Source: Clostridia bacterium
GTDB lineage: Bacteria > Bacillota > Clostridia > Oscillospirales > CAG-272
Assembly (NCBI GenBank): GCA_028720145.1
Contig: JAQYLJ010000045.1
Coordinates: 2,283 to 66,282 of the forward strand
Length of the DNA: 64,000 nt
Direction of reading: 5' to 3'
Part shown: in pieces, positions 27,169 to 36,239 of the stretch
How positions within the stretch are numbered: the first letter of the stretch is position 1
How the letters are laid out: every line of letters begins with the position of its first letter
Notes under the pieces: generated by a model
What the model was told of the DNA's origin: nothing
The model's database searches: none
What the model saw: only the letters and a program-made list of their open reading frames with translations
Translations under genes and position numbers: made by a program

Positions 27169-27197
27169 ATCATACCAAAACTCCCGTTTCTTGTCAA
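27169..27197 (-). promoter_or_regulatory. sigma-A type promoter of the SBP/permease/exoprotein operon
   Basis: Minus strand reads TTGACA (27197-27192), 17 nt, TATGAT (27174-27169). Confidence 0.6.
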
Positions 27198-27331
27198 ACC
27201 TCTTTTTTTAGTGAAAATCACGTTCAAAACGCCTAAAAAAAGAACATTGACTCGTTTTTAACGAAGTTCATCTAAAAAAGCGAAAATCGGGGCTGAGAAT
27301 CGGGGGTTGCTCTACGAGTTTTTTTGAATGG

Positions 27332-27443
27332 GTAAATTTAATTTACTTGTATTTTAGAGATTACCGACTGATTTCTAAGGCAAAACGCCGTAAAACACAG
27401 TCGGATATTCTCTGCGTTTGAAAAATTAGTAATCTGAATTTAC
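27332..27443. promoter_or_regulatory. pair of GTAA-N7-TTAC inverted repeats (candidate regulator sites)
   Basis: GTAAATTTAATTTAC (27332-27346) and GTAATCTGAATTTAC (27429-27443) lie 97 bp apart in the AT-rich divergent control region. Confidence 0.35.
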
Positions 27444-27793
27444 GATATGCGGCAAGGCGTGTAAAGAATTGTTTTCATCTTTTGGGGCAAATCCCGCTTT
27501 GTGAGGTATGCACAAAATTCACCCGATAATTTCTACACTGCGCAAAGCACTCCACAAGGGGGAAAATTGCGGCTTTGGACACCGATGCCGGCAAAAACGT
27601 TCGTGTGAGCGGCATGCGCTATCGGGTGTGAGAGCGATGAAAACGGGGCGAGTGCTGTATGCTGCGGCGGATCTGACGGGAGCAGTCAAAGAGACGGGAT
27701 GAGGAGCGTGGCGGGGACGGCGACGCGCGTGTTATCTTCCGGCGACTGTAAGCAACAAATTGCCGTCTCGAACGGTGTTTCTCTCGTCCTTTC

Positions 27794-27822
27794 TTGACAG
27801 ACGGGCGCGCGTGTGCTATAGT
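27794..27822 (+). promoter_or_regulatory. sigma-A type promoter of glucokinase gene
   Basis: TTGACA (27794-27799), 17 nt, TATAGT (27817-27822), with TGC forming an extended -10. Confidence 0.6.
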
Positions 27823-27895
27823 ACAAAAAGGAAACGGAACCGTGCCTGCGTCCTCGCAGCACGAGAGGTCCCGAAACAAAAAGGAGAATCGCATC

Positions 27896-28855
27896 ATGTA
27901 TTACATAGGCGTTGATCTCGGCGGCACCAATATCGCCGTCGGTATTGTGGATGAATCCATGCATATTGTCAAGAAAGGCAGCGTCCCGACCCTCCCCGAG
28001 AGAGGTGCGGAGGCGATCGTCGCCGATATGACCCAACTCGCGGCGAACCTCATGGTCGACTGCTCGCTCACCCTCGCGGATATCGCGTATGCGGGGATCG
28101 CTTCGCCCGGTGTCTGCATTCGCGAGACCGCGACCGTCAAGTATTCCTGCAACCTTCCCTTCCGTGATTTCAAGATTGGGGAAGCATTCAAAAAACACCT
28201 GAATGTCCCCGCGGTCTATGTCGAGAACGACGCGAATGCCGCGGCACTCGCGGAGGCGCTGACGGGTGCGGCAAAGGGCACCAAGAACAGCATCACGGTC
28301 ACCCTCGGCACCGGCGTCGGCGGCGGGATCGTCATCGACGGGAAAATCTATTCCGGATTCAACTCCGCGGGCGGCGAAGTCGGGCATATCGTCATCGTCA
28401 AGAACGGCAGACAGTGCGGATGCGGTCGGCGCGGCTGCTGGGAGACCTACTCCTCTGCGACGGGTCTTACCAACATGACCCGCGAGAAGGTCACCGAACT
28501 CTCCCTCAAAGGGATTCCTTCCCTCATGGTGGACGAATACCGCGCGAACGGAAAGGTCTCCGCGCGTACCGCGTTCGACGCGATGCGGAAAGGCGATGCC
28601 GCCGGAAAAGCGGTCGTCGACGAATATATTTCCTATCTCGCCTGCGGTGTGACGAACATGATTAACATTTTCCAGCCCGAGGTACTCTGCATCGGCGGCG
28701 GAATCAGCAACGAAAAGGGCTATCTGCTCGAACCGCTGAGAGCCATTGTCGACAGAGAACAGTACACCCGTGACAGCGATGCCAAGACCATCGTCAAGAT
28801 CGCCGAAATGGGCAACGACGCGGGCATCGTCGGCGCGGCGGGACTCGGACGGTAA
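27896..28855 (+). CDS. glcK: ROK-family glucokinase
   Basis: MYYIGVDLGGTNIAVG is the ATP site and CGCGRRGCWETY is the ROK zinc motif. There is no N-terminal HTH, so this is a kinase rather than a repressor. The start was trimmed to ATG 27896, after AAAGGAGAA. Confidence 0.9.
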   Translation: MYYIGVDLGGTNIAVGIVDESMHIVKKGSVPTLPERGAEAIVADMTQLAANLMVDCSLTLADIAYAGIASPGVCIRETATVKYSCNLPFRDFKIGEAFKKHLNVPAVYVENDANAAALAEALTGAAKGTKNSITVTLGTGVGGGIVIDGKIYSGFNSAGGEVGHIVIVKNGRQCGCGRRGCWETYSSATGLTNMTREKVTELSLKGIPSLMVDEYRANGKVSARTAFDAMRKGDAAGKAVVDEYISYLACGVTNMINIFQPEVLCIGGGISNEKGYLLEPLRAIVDREQYTRDSDAKTIVKIAEMGNDAGIVGAAGLGR

Positions 28856-28940
28856 TACCGCTCATCCCACGCCCCATCGAGAGCTTTTCGCGGGGCTCAA
28901 AGCCCTCACAAACAGCACTTTCTTTGATTTGTTAAAACAT

Positions 28941-28985
28941 AGCGCGGAGCCGAATTTCTCGGCTCCGCGCTGTTTATTTGCTTTT
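28941..28985. terminator. bidirectional terminator between glcK and the lipoprotein gene
   Basis: AGCGCGGAGCCG-AATTTCT-CGGCTCCGCGCT (28941-28971), followed by GTTTATTTGCTTTT. Confidence 0.7.
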
Positions 28986-29065
28986 GTTGTAAGTTGTGCT
29001 GCGTGCAAGGATTGCTTCGAGCGGGTGCAAGCAACGGGCGCGAACCATGACGCAAAGTGACGGAA

Positions 29066-29698
29066 TCAGTAGTAGGAATACGAGGTCACGATCGTGACGG
29101 TCTCGCCGCCCGCGGTATTGTACTTCACGGCGGCGGCGCTGACGGAACCGTCCGAGAGGGTCAGGGTCACCGTGACCTCACCCGAAATGTCCGTGCTTGC
29201 TTCCGGGAAGAGCGCAAGATATTCCTCCCTCGAAAAGGTCGCGCGGTACTGTCCGCCGCTCTCGGTAAAGGCGGCACCGCGGAACGGCAACGCCGCGGGG
29301 GTCTCCCCGTTTAAGGCGTGCGATTCGCTGCTCTCGTTCCACACCTCGTCCTCTGTCGGGGGATTCAGGACCTTTTTCGTCACCGTCACCGTTTTTGCGG
29401 AAATATCATAGACGCGAACTTCGGAGGCAACGGTCCCGCCGCCGACCGTCACGGTGACGGTCTGACGCACTTCGGTCGCACGATTGGTCTTTGCGGCGGC
29501 AACCGTCACGGGATGGGTGTCGGTCTCCCCGTCTCCGCCCTGCGAGGGCGAATCGGAACCGCTCCCGTCCCCCGTATCGGCGGGCGGGGTGGGGTCATCC
29601 TGCGTCTTTTGGCAGGAAGTTAAGAACAGAGTGCTCAAAAGCAGGCAGACGCACAACAGTGCGTGAAACCAATGACTGCAAGAACGATGATATCTCAT
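29066..29698 (-). CDS. lipoprotein of unknown function
   Basis: The signal peptide ends in the lipobox LTSC (LLLSTLFLTSCQKT), followed by a Gly/Asp/Ser/Pro-rich linker. The ATG overlaps the upstream TGA by 1 nt (TGATG). Confidence 0.7.
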   Translation of the reverse strand: MRYHRSCSHWFHALLCVCLLLSTLFLTSCQKTQDDPTPPADTGDGSGSDSPSQGGDGETDTHPVTVAAAKTNRATEVRQTVTVTVGGGTVASEVRVYDISAKTVTVTKKVLNPPTEDEVWNESSESHALNGETPAALPFRGAAFTESGGQYRATFSREEYLALFPEASTDISGEVTVTLTLSDGSVSAAAVKYNTAGGETVTIVTSYSYY

Positions 29699-32600
29699 CA
29701 GAAGAACCTCCTTTTCCCGAGATACAGAGCCGCGGGGGCAATGACTGCCGCCGCCGTCACGGCGATTTCAAAGCCGACGAGGGCGTCCCCGGTCTTTTCC
29801 GCCTCGGGGAGTGCGGTCTCGGCATGGGCGACCGCCGACCGATAAGAGGCGAGCACCGTATCGTACACGAGTTTTTCTTCGGGTGCGAGCGCCGAAGCGT
29901 CCCCGCCCCAAGTGTCCAGAACTGCCTGTGCCTGTTTGAGTGCGGCAAACTGTTTCTCGGGGGTATTCGCCGTCTGCAACGCCCGCAGGGCACCCGCGAA
30001 GAGTGCCATATCGGGCGACCAATGTGCCGTGAGGGTCAAGCTATCCTCGGGATAGGTCGAGAACGCATATGCCGTGTCCCCGTGATACCAGCCGTCAAAC
30101 ACATAGCCCTCGCGCGTGGGGGCGGCAGGTGCGGTCAGAGGTGCGCCCGCAGCGCCGCTCGACGGAAGAACCGTGCTCCCGCCCGCGGAATCAAAGGTCA
30201 CCGTGACCGTGATGCGGTACTGCGCAGCGATGGTGAGATTCTCGGTTACATTCTCGTAAGAGTCCGACCAAGAGACGAAAGTATACCCCTCGACGGTCGG
30301 CGGGGTGGGTGGGGTCGCGCTCTCACCCTCGTAGAGAACTTCGGTTTTGAGAACGCCGCCGTCTCGGTCGGTAAAGGTGACGGTGAAGGACTTTGCCTCG
30401 GTATATTCTGCGCGCACGGTCAGGTTCTCGGTCACGCGGTCGTATGCCGTCGACCACCGTGAGAAGACAAATCCGCGAATGGCGGGAGGCTCGGGTGCGG
30501 TGGCTCCCTCTCTTTCGTACACCGTCTCGGTCTTTATGGTATTCCCATCTTTATCAAGAAATGTCACCGTATAAGTCGGAATCGGCGTATAAATCGCCTG
30601 TACCGTCAGGTCCTCGGTCACATTCTCATACGAACACGACCATTTTGTGAAGGTGTATCCGCGCAGGGTCGGCGGAGTGGGTGCGGTCGCGCTCCCGCCC
30701 GGGTCGACCGATTCGGTCTTTAAGACCGCGCCGTCACGGTCGAGGAAGCGGACGATGAGTTTGGTCTCCGAGACATAGACGGCTCTCACCGTAATGTCTT
30801 CGGTGACCCCTTGGTAGTCGCCCTCCCACGCGAGGAACCGATATCCCGCGACCACGGGCGGGTCGGGTAAAGTGGGAGTGCACCCGTGGCAGACCGAGAG
30901 GGTCGCAAGGGTGTCTCCGTCCTTCCCCTCTACCGTCACGGTATGGAACGGGGAGAGCGCGGTCAAGGTATTGTCCGCGACGATATCGGTAAAGACCGCC
31001 GAGCGGAGATAGGTCTCTGCTCCGGTCGTATCGTAGGCGACGAGTTCCAGCGTGCAACCCGAGAGGTCGGCGGGAACCCCCGCGAGGGTGATGTCGCAGA
31101 GGACATTCACGGGTTCGTCCGGCAGTACTTTCAGGTATTCGACGGTATAGGTCGTGCCGTCGCTGTCGGTCCATTCTTTCGTATAGATATTGTCGGCGGT
31201 GGCGTACTGCTTATACCCGATATAGGCGTTCACCGAGCCGTTCACGGTCTCTTTGGAAATCAAAGTGCCGTTTGCGCTGTAAATCTGCGCCTCCAAGCGG
31301 TAATTCCGCTCTTCGAGAAGGTAGTTCGCCATGTTCACCGAGACCTTGACCGTCCCGTCGGTGATGTCGGCGAGCGTCCCCACGCGATTCCCCGCACCGT
31401 CAAAGAGAAGCACGCTCCCTGCGGCGAGGTGCTCCGCCATGGTGTTCCCCGTAAATTCGCCGCCGGTCGCCTCCGCCATCTCTTTGCCCGAGCTCCAGCC
31501 ATTGAAGATAATGTTCTTGAACGCATAGCCGTAGCCGGTGATATTGTTGCTGAATGTCAGGTAGTACATATTCTCGATACCCGCGGTCCCGCCGACCCAA
31601 TAGACGGTATAGCCGCCGCCATTGAGCCAGTTCCCGACGCACCTGACATTGGAATAGCCGAGGGTGCCTTGCTCGGGTTTGAAGAAGAACGCCGCGTTCG
31701 CCACGCCGTCCCCTTTGAGTTGCGGGAGATCCACGCGGTTCCCGTAAAAGACCACATTGTCGAGCACCTCGTTCGGCGTCCCCGAGAACTGAATGCCGTC
31801 CGCGTGGGCGAGCGGACTGCCCTGCCCGCCGAGGGTCAGGTAACAATGCTCGACCCGCAGGTTCTTCCCCGCTTTGAGATGGTCGGCACCGACATCGTGG
31901 ATATAGCAATACGAAAGCGTCATGTTGTTCCCACGGTTAAACGAGTGGGTCGCGACGCCCGTCCCCTCGACATATGAGAGGGTCAGATGACCCGTGCCGT
32001 CGTTCGAGACGCAGTAGAAGGTATTGCCGACGAGGAGCGCGTCCTCGATCACAATGTCCTGCGTACACTTGACGGAAATCATGCCGGTGTGTTTGAAACC
32101 CGAGAAACGGTAGCCGTATTCCGCGGCGTTGTCATCGGTGATGGTGACGCCCGTCCCCGAATAGGTGAGGTTCGGGTATTTTTCGGTCAAAAGCGCAAGA
32201 TCCTCTTCGGCGCACCGATAGCCGGTGTTATAGGCATCGGGCATCACAAGCCCGTTTGTCGGCAGGGTCTCGATCGGAATCTTCGGTCGCACCTCTCCCT
32301 CCGTCCCGTAGGTCGCGAACGAGAGGACCGAGCCGCCGAAAAGCGACTGCCCGCAGAAGTCGCGCAGACCCTCTCCGAGGTCGACCGTAAATACGGTATG
32401 CGTGGGGAGCGGGTCCTCGGCGAAACTGATCACCAGTTGCCGTGGGGCGGACGCCGACCAGTTGACCGCTGTATAGGGGATAAGATTCCCCGCCTCGTCG
32501 GTTACGGTGATGCTGTTCAGCACCTCGTCGGTAATCTCCAAATCGTGAGAAAACTTCATGGTGTAGTTGCCGTCAAGTTTGAGATTCCCGTGTTTGTCTC

Positions 32601-33414
32601 CCACATAGGGGTCCAGCGCGGCGGACTCCAAGTAGAAGTCCCCGGGGTGGCAGAGATAAATGTTGTCGAGCAGCATTCCGTAGGTGAGCGCGGTGTCCCC
32701 CGTCTGTGCGGGAATCCCGTAGGAAAGTTGCAGGTCTGCCTTACTCCCCGCATTGGCGATTCCGTCGACGCGAATCTTATCGCACGCGCCCCCCTGCGCA
32801 TTTGTCAGAGTACCGAGAATGGTCACGCTCGACAGATGGTCCTCCGGGGCGTAGGTCACGGTCAGTCGCACCCAAGTGCCCGTCGGAAACGACGCAATCG
32901 TCCCTGTGGGACTACTCACTCGACAGAGGTCGTCCTCCCGCGTGACGGTCACGAGGTCGACCCCGTACAGTTTGACCGTGAAAGAGGTCACCCCGATCCC
33001 GATTTCCGACTGTTCCGATGACGGAATCAGCAGATTACAGGCGAAAATGGTGGGGAAGTTCGGGTCGGGGTAGGTATGGTTTTTGATGAGTTTGTTGTTC
33101 TGCGCCGAAGCGGATTGCGTACCGCCCGCAAAGAGCACCGAGTTGGTCTCGTCGAACGGGTCGGTCATGGGCGTCAGGGTCCCTCCCACTTTTTTATTCC
33201 ATCTGCCGGTGGCGCTGCCGGAGGACGGGGACATGACGATCGATCCCGCCTTAAACACGGTATGGTCGAGTATCACCGTATCTTTCCGATAGGTTTGTTC
33301 CTCTTCTTCTCCGATCTCCCCCTCGGTCTCCCCGGCGGCGACGGGAATCGCCATGAGCGAGAACGGGAGCATGAGCGAGAGCGCGAGCATGAAAGCCAGC
33401 AAAATGCGTTTCAC
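29698..33414 (-). CDS. large cell-surface protein: signal peptide, Ig-like and right-handed beta-helix region, five tandem repeats, C-terminal TM anchor
   Basis: Signal peptide MKRILLAFMLALSLMLPFSLMAIPVAAG. Beta-helix-like rungs include NMTLSYCYIHDVGADHLKAGKNLRVEHCYLTLGG...AHADGIQFSG...VFYGNRV. The repeats are listed separately. The C-terminal FEIAVTAAAVIAPAALYLGKRRFF is a TM span with a basic stop-transfer. Confidence 0.8.
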   Translation of the reverse strand: MKRILLAFMLALSLMLPFSLMAIPVAAGETEGEIGEEEEQTYRKDTVILDHTVFKAGSIVMSPSSGSATGRWNKKVGGTLTPMTDPFDETNSVLFAGGTQSASAQNNKLIKNHTYPDPNFPTIFACNLLIPSSEQSEIGIGVTSFTVKLYGVDLVTVTREDDLCRVSSPTGTIASFPTGTWVRLTVTYAPEDHLSSVTILGTLTNAQGGACDKIRVDGIANAGSKADLQLSYGIPAQTGDTALTYGMLLDNIYLCHPGDFYLESAALDPYVGDKHGNLKLDGNYTMKFSHDLEITDEVLNSITVTDEAGNLIPYTAVNWSASAPRQLVISFAEDPLPTHTVFTVDLGEGLRDFCGQSLFGGSVLSFATYGTEGEVRPKIPIETLPTNGLVMPDAYNTGYRCAEEDLALLTEKYPNLTYSGTGVTITDDNAAEYGYRFSGFKHTGMISVKCTQDIVIEDALLVGNTFYCVSNDGTGHLTLSYVEGTGVATHSFNRGNNMTLSYCYIHDVGADHLKAGKNLRVEHCYLTLGGQGSPLAHADGIQFSGTPNEVLDNVVFYGNRVDLPQLKGDGVANAAFFFKPEQGTLGYSNVRCVGNWLNGGGYTVYWVGGTAGIENMYYLTFSNNITGYGYAFKNIIFNGWSSGKEMAEATGGEFTGNTMAEHLAAGSVLLFDGAGNRVGTLADITDGTVKVSVNMANYLLEERNYRLEAQIYSANGTLISKETVNGSVNAYIGYKQYATADNIYTKEWTDSDGTTYTVEYLKVLPDEPVNVLCDITLAGVPADLSGCTLELVAYDTTGAETYLRSAVFTDIVADNTLTALSPFHTVTVEGKDGDTLATLSVCHGCTPTLPDPPVVAGYRFLAWEGDYQGVTEDITVRAVYVSETKLIVRFLDRDGAVLKTESVDPGGSATAPTPPTLRGYTFTKWSCSYENVTEDLTVQAIYTPIPTYTVTFLDKDGNTIKTETVYEREGATAPEPPAIRGFVFSRWSTAYDRVTENLTVRAEYTEAKSFTVTFTDRDGGVLKTEVLYEGESATPPTPPTVEGYTFVSWSDSYENVTENLTIAAQYRITVTVTFDSAGGSTVLPSSGAAGAPLTAPAAPTREGYVFDGWYHGDTAYAFSTYPEDSLTLTAHWSPDMALFAGALRALQTANTPEKQFAALKQAQAVLDTWGGDASALAPEEKLVYDTVLASYRSAVAHAETALPEAEKTGDALVGFEIAVTAAAVIAPAALYLGKRRFF
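30020..30946 (-). repeat. five tandem ~62-aa coding repeats (Listeria-Bacteroides / Flg_new-like pattern)
   Basis: The repeated pattern is xTVTFxDxDGxxLKTExVxxGxSATxPxPPTxxGYTFxxWSxxYxNVTExLTVxAxY, seen 5 times in 309 aa. Confidence 0.8.
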
Positions 33415-33504
33415 GAGACTTCTCCTTTCGATTGAGGCGGGATTCTCCCGCCACCGATGCGGGTGACAAAAATGCTTCTAATACATGATCTATATAATCA
33501 CTTT

Positions 33505-33549
33505 AACAAAATAATCCCGACCTCCGCAAGGAACGGAACGGTCGGGATT
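33505..33549 (-). terminator. intrinsic terminator after ABC exporter
   Basis: Minus strand reads AATCCCGACC-loop-GGTCGGGATT followed by ATTTTGTT. Confidence 0.6.
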
Positions 33550-33604
33550 TGAAAAAACAGAAAATACCGAACAAAACTAGACAAAGAGAGAACAAAAACT
33601 TGTT

Positions 33605-35548
33605 CTAAATACACGAATCCGGATTTTCCTCGGGGAGATAGTGCTTCGCCTGTGTCGAGAACAGGTGGTAGTAGATGCCGCCCTTCTCCATGAGTTCCCG
33701 GTGGGTGCCGCTCTCGGCGAGGGTGCCGTCAGAGAGGACGAGGATGCGTGTCGCCGAGACCGCGCAGGACAGGCGGTGCGAGACGAGCAGGGTCAGTTTG
33801 TTCTCCGAGAGGGTGGCGAACCGCCGATAGACCTCTTCTTCGGCGATGGCGTCGAGCGCGGCGGTCGGCTCGTCCAAAATCAGAATGTCCGAGTCAGCGT
33901 AAAACGCGCGGGCGACCGAGAGTTTCTGCCATTGTCCCTGCGAGAGTTCGGTCGCGTCTTCCTCGAAATACCGCATGAGGGGGGTATCATAGCCCGCGGG
34001 GAGCCGTTCGATGAATCCCGACGCGTCCCCCATCTCGGCGGCGCGGCGGACGGCGGCGGTATCTTTCTCCACGCGGGTATTGCCGAGCGCGATATTCTCG
34101 CCCGCGGTCACCGCGTATTTCCCGAAGTCCTGAAAGACCGTACCGTACAGCGCGTAGAGTGCCTCGGGGTCGTACTCCCGCAGGTCGTGGCCGTCGAGGG
34201 TAATCCGCCCTTCAGTCGGGTCATAGAGACGGGTCAGCAGTTTGATGAGCGTGGTTTTCCCCGCGCCATTCAACCCGACGAGGACGATTCTGTCCCCCGA
34301 CTTCATCTCACAGGAGAAATGCCGCAGGACGAATTGTTCACTCCCGGGATAGCGGAAACTGATATCTTCGCACACGAGGGTATGAGGGACTCCGTGCCGG
34401 GGGACGCGCGGCGGCTCGTGCGTCGCGACCACCGAGGGCTTCTCCCGCATGAAAGTCATCAGATTATCAATAAACAGCGTCCCCTCATAGACCGTCGCGG
34501 TCGAGGCGATGACCGACGAGACATAGGAACCGATGGAGGTCAGCGCACCCGAATAGAGTGAGTAATCCCCGATCTCCATATTGCCCGACACGACATGGTA
34601 GGCGATATAGAAGAAGACCGCCGCCTCCGCCGCGAGACTGAAAATCCCGACACCGATCTGCCAGAAGAGCTCCGCCATGGTGAGACGGCGAATCCCCTTG
34701 TAATAGGTGCCGAACGCGGTCTTGTATTTGTCGATAAAGGTGTCCGCCGTGTGCATGAGCCGCACTTCCTTCGCGAGGTCTTTATCGGTCACGACATCCG
34801 AGAAATACGACATCTGCCTGCGCTCTTTCGAGGCGCGGCGCATATACCAATACCCGCGGCGGCGATAGACATAGTTGACTACTGCTGCGGGCAACGAGAA
34901 GAGCAGGACAAAGAGGGGGATCTGCCATCCGACCGTCACGAGGATGGTGACGAAACTGACGGCGGAAATGATATAGGAGATGACCGAAAAGGTCGAAGAG
35001 AGAATCCCGATCGGGCGCATCCCCGCCTCGCGATTTGCGTTTTCGAGTTTCTCGTAAAAATCGGGGTTATCGAAACTCGCGAGATCGACCTTCTTCGCTT
35101 GATTCATGAGCATGAGCCGAATATGCGAGGAGACCCGCTCGCCCGCGAGAGTGTTGACCGCGGTCTGTAACCGATTGACGAGCCGCCTGACGAGTAAGAA
35201 AATGAACTGTAAAAGGATGAAGAATCCCACGGTCGAGAGCGTGCCCCAAACCGAATGGAGCAGGGTCTCCCCCGGGGCAAGCCCCGTCCCGAGAAGCGCC
35301 CCGTTCACGGCGTTGAGCAGGTACTTCCCCACCACCGCGCTCGCGACCGGCAAAACGCCCGCCGCGACACAAAGCAGGACCATGAGAACGAGCAGTGCGG
35401 GGCTGGTCTGCCACAAAAGCGAAATGACATAGAAAAGACGCGAAAAGAACCCCCGAATCACCTTCGCGATATACTTCGGGTAGTCGCGGAGCTTCTTCGG
35501 CTTCGGATAGAGCGTCATCGGCTTTCTTGGGGGTCGCGGATCCCTCAT
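33605..35548 (-). CDS. ABC exporter, fused TMD-NBD (MsbA/type I exporter-like)
   Basis: Six N-terminal TM spans, Walker A GLNGAGKTT, signature LSQGQWQ, Walker B ILILDEPTAALD. GGAGG RBS. Confidence 0.88.
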   Translation of the reverse strand: MRDPRPPRKPMTLYPKPKKLRDYPKYIAKVIRGFFSRLFYVISLLWQTSPALLVLMVLLCVAAGVLPVASAVVGKYLLNAVNGALLGTGLAPGETLLHSVWGTLSTVGFFILLQFIFLLVRRLVNRLQTAVNTLAGERVSSHIRLMLMNQAKKVDLASFDNPDFYEKLENANREAGMRPIGILSSTFSVISYIISAVSFVTILVTVGWQIPLFVLLFSLPAAVVNYVYRRRGYWYMRRASKERRQMSYFSDVVTDKDLAKEVRLMHTADTFIDKYKTAFGTYYKGIRRLTMAELFWQIGVGIFSLAAEAAVFFYIAYHVVSGNMEIGDYSLYSGALTSIGSYVSSVIASTATVYEGTLFIDNLMTFMREKPSVVATHEPPRVPRHGVPHTLVCEDISFRYPGSEQFVLRHFSCEMKSGDRIVLVGLNGAGKTTLIKLLTRLYDPTEGRITLDGHDLREYDPEALYALYGTVFQDFGKYAVTAGENIALGNTRVEKDTAAVRRAAEMGDASGFIERLPAGYDTPLMRYFEEDATELSQGQWQKLSVARAFYADSDILILDEPTAALDAIAEEEVYRRFATLSENKLTLLVSHRLSCAVSATRILVLSDGTLAESGTHRELMEKGGIYYHLFSTQAKHYLPEENPDSCI

Positions 35549-35682
35549 ATGAGTACCTCCGTTTTTTAGTCATTCGCAAAACTGCGTTTTGGTGTATTCG
35601 GTGTGTGTGTTTCGGTGTCAATCGGGCGGGTTACGGCTTGTCCGAAAAACAGGGTTTCGCCTTGTTTTTCGGCGCAACGCGG

Positions 35683-36174
35683 TCAGCGCAGGAGCGTGCC
35701 GTGCGAGAACAGAACATTCTTTCCGTCGAGCTGTAAGAGCCCGTAGGACGGCTCTCCCTCCCGCGGCTCTCCGAGACTGCCGGGGTTGAAGAGATAGATT
35801 TTTTCGTCGGAGAGATAGGTCTCCTGCGGCAGGTGGGTATGCCCGTAGAGGACGATGTCGCACCCCGCGTCTTTCGCCGCGGCGATAAGACCGCCCTGCC
35901 CCCATTTCGCACCGTACAGGTGCCCGTGGGTGAGCAGCAGGCGATGCCCTGCCCGCTCGACAATCCGCGTCCCCGGGGCGGCGGGATAGAGCGAAGCGCT
36001 GTCGCAGTTCCCGCACACCTCATAGATGGGCGCGGGGAATGCGCGGGAAGCTGCGGCGAGGTCGTTAAGACCGTCCCCGAGAAAGCAGGCAAAGTCGGCA
36101 TCCGCGTGCATCGCGAGCACCCGCGAGAGCCGCTCGGTGCGGCGGTGGGTATCGGACAAAATCAGAATTTTCAT
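35683..36174 (-). CDS. yfcE: YfcE/MJ0936-family metallophosphoesterase
   Basis: MKILILSDTH, GNCD, LTHGH and YGHTH are the calcineurin-like motifs. 163 aa. Confidence 0.85.
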   Translation of the reverse strand: MKILILSDTHRRTERLSRVLAMHADADFACFLGDGLNDLAAASRAFPAPIYEVCGNCDSASLYPAAPGTRIVERAGHRLLLTHGHLYGAKWGQGGLIAAAKDAGCDIVLYGHTHLPQETYLSDEKIYLFNPGSLGEPREGEPSYGLLQLDGKNVLFSHGTLLR

Positions 36175-36239
36175 GGTTCTCTCACATATAGATTTCTCGT
36201 TTCATATACTGACATTACAATGAAACAAGGAGGTTTGGA

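Noticed and set aside
27213-27227. cre-like (CcpA) site TGAAAATCACGTTCA near the SBP-operon promoter
   Set aside because: The central CG and the half-site symmetry do not line up with the TGWAANCGNTNWCA consensus, so it is probably chance.
27508-27702. 64-aa ORF in the glcK upstream region
   Set aside because: It has no RBS, a basic low-complexity product, and sits in a non-coding-looking GC-rich spacer.
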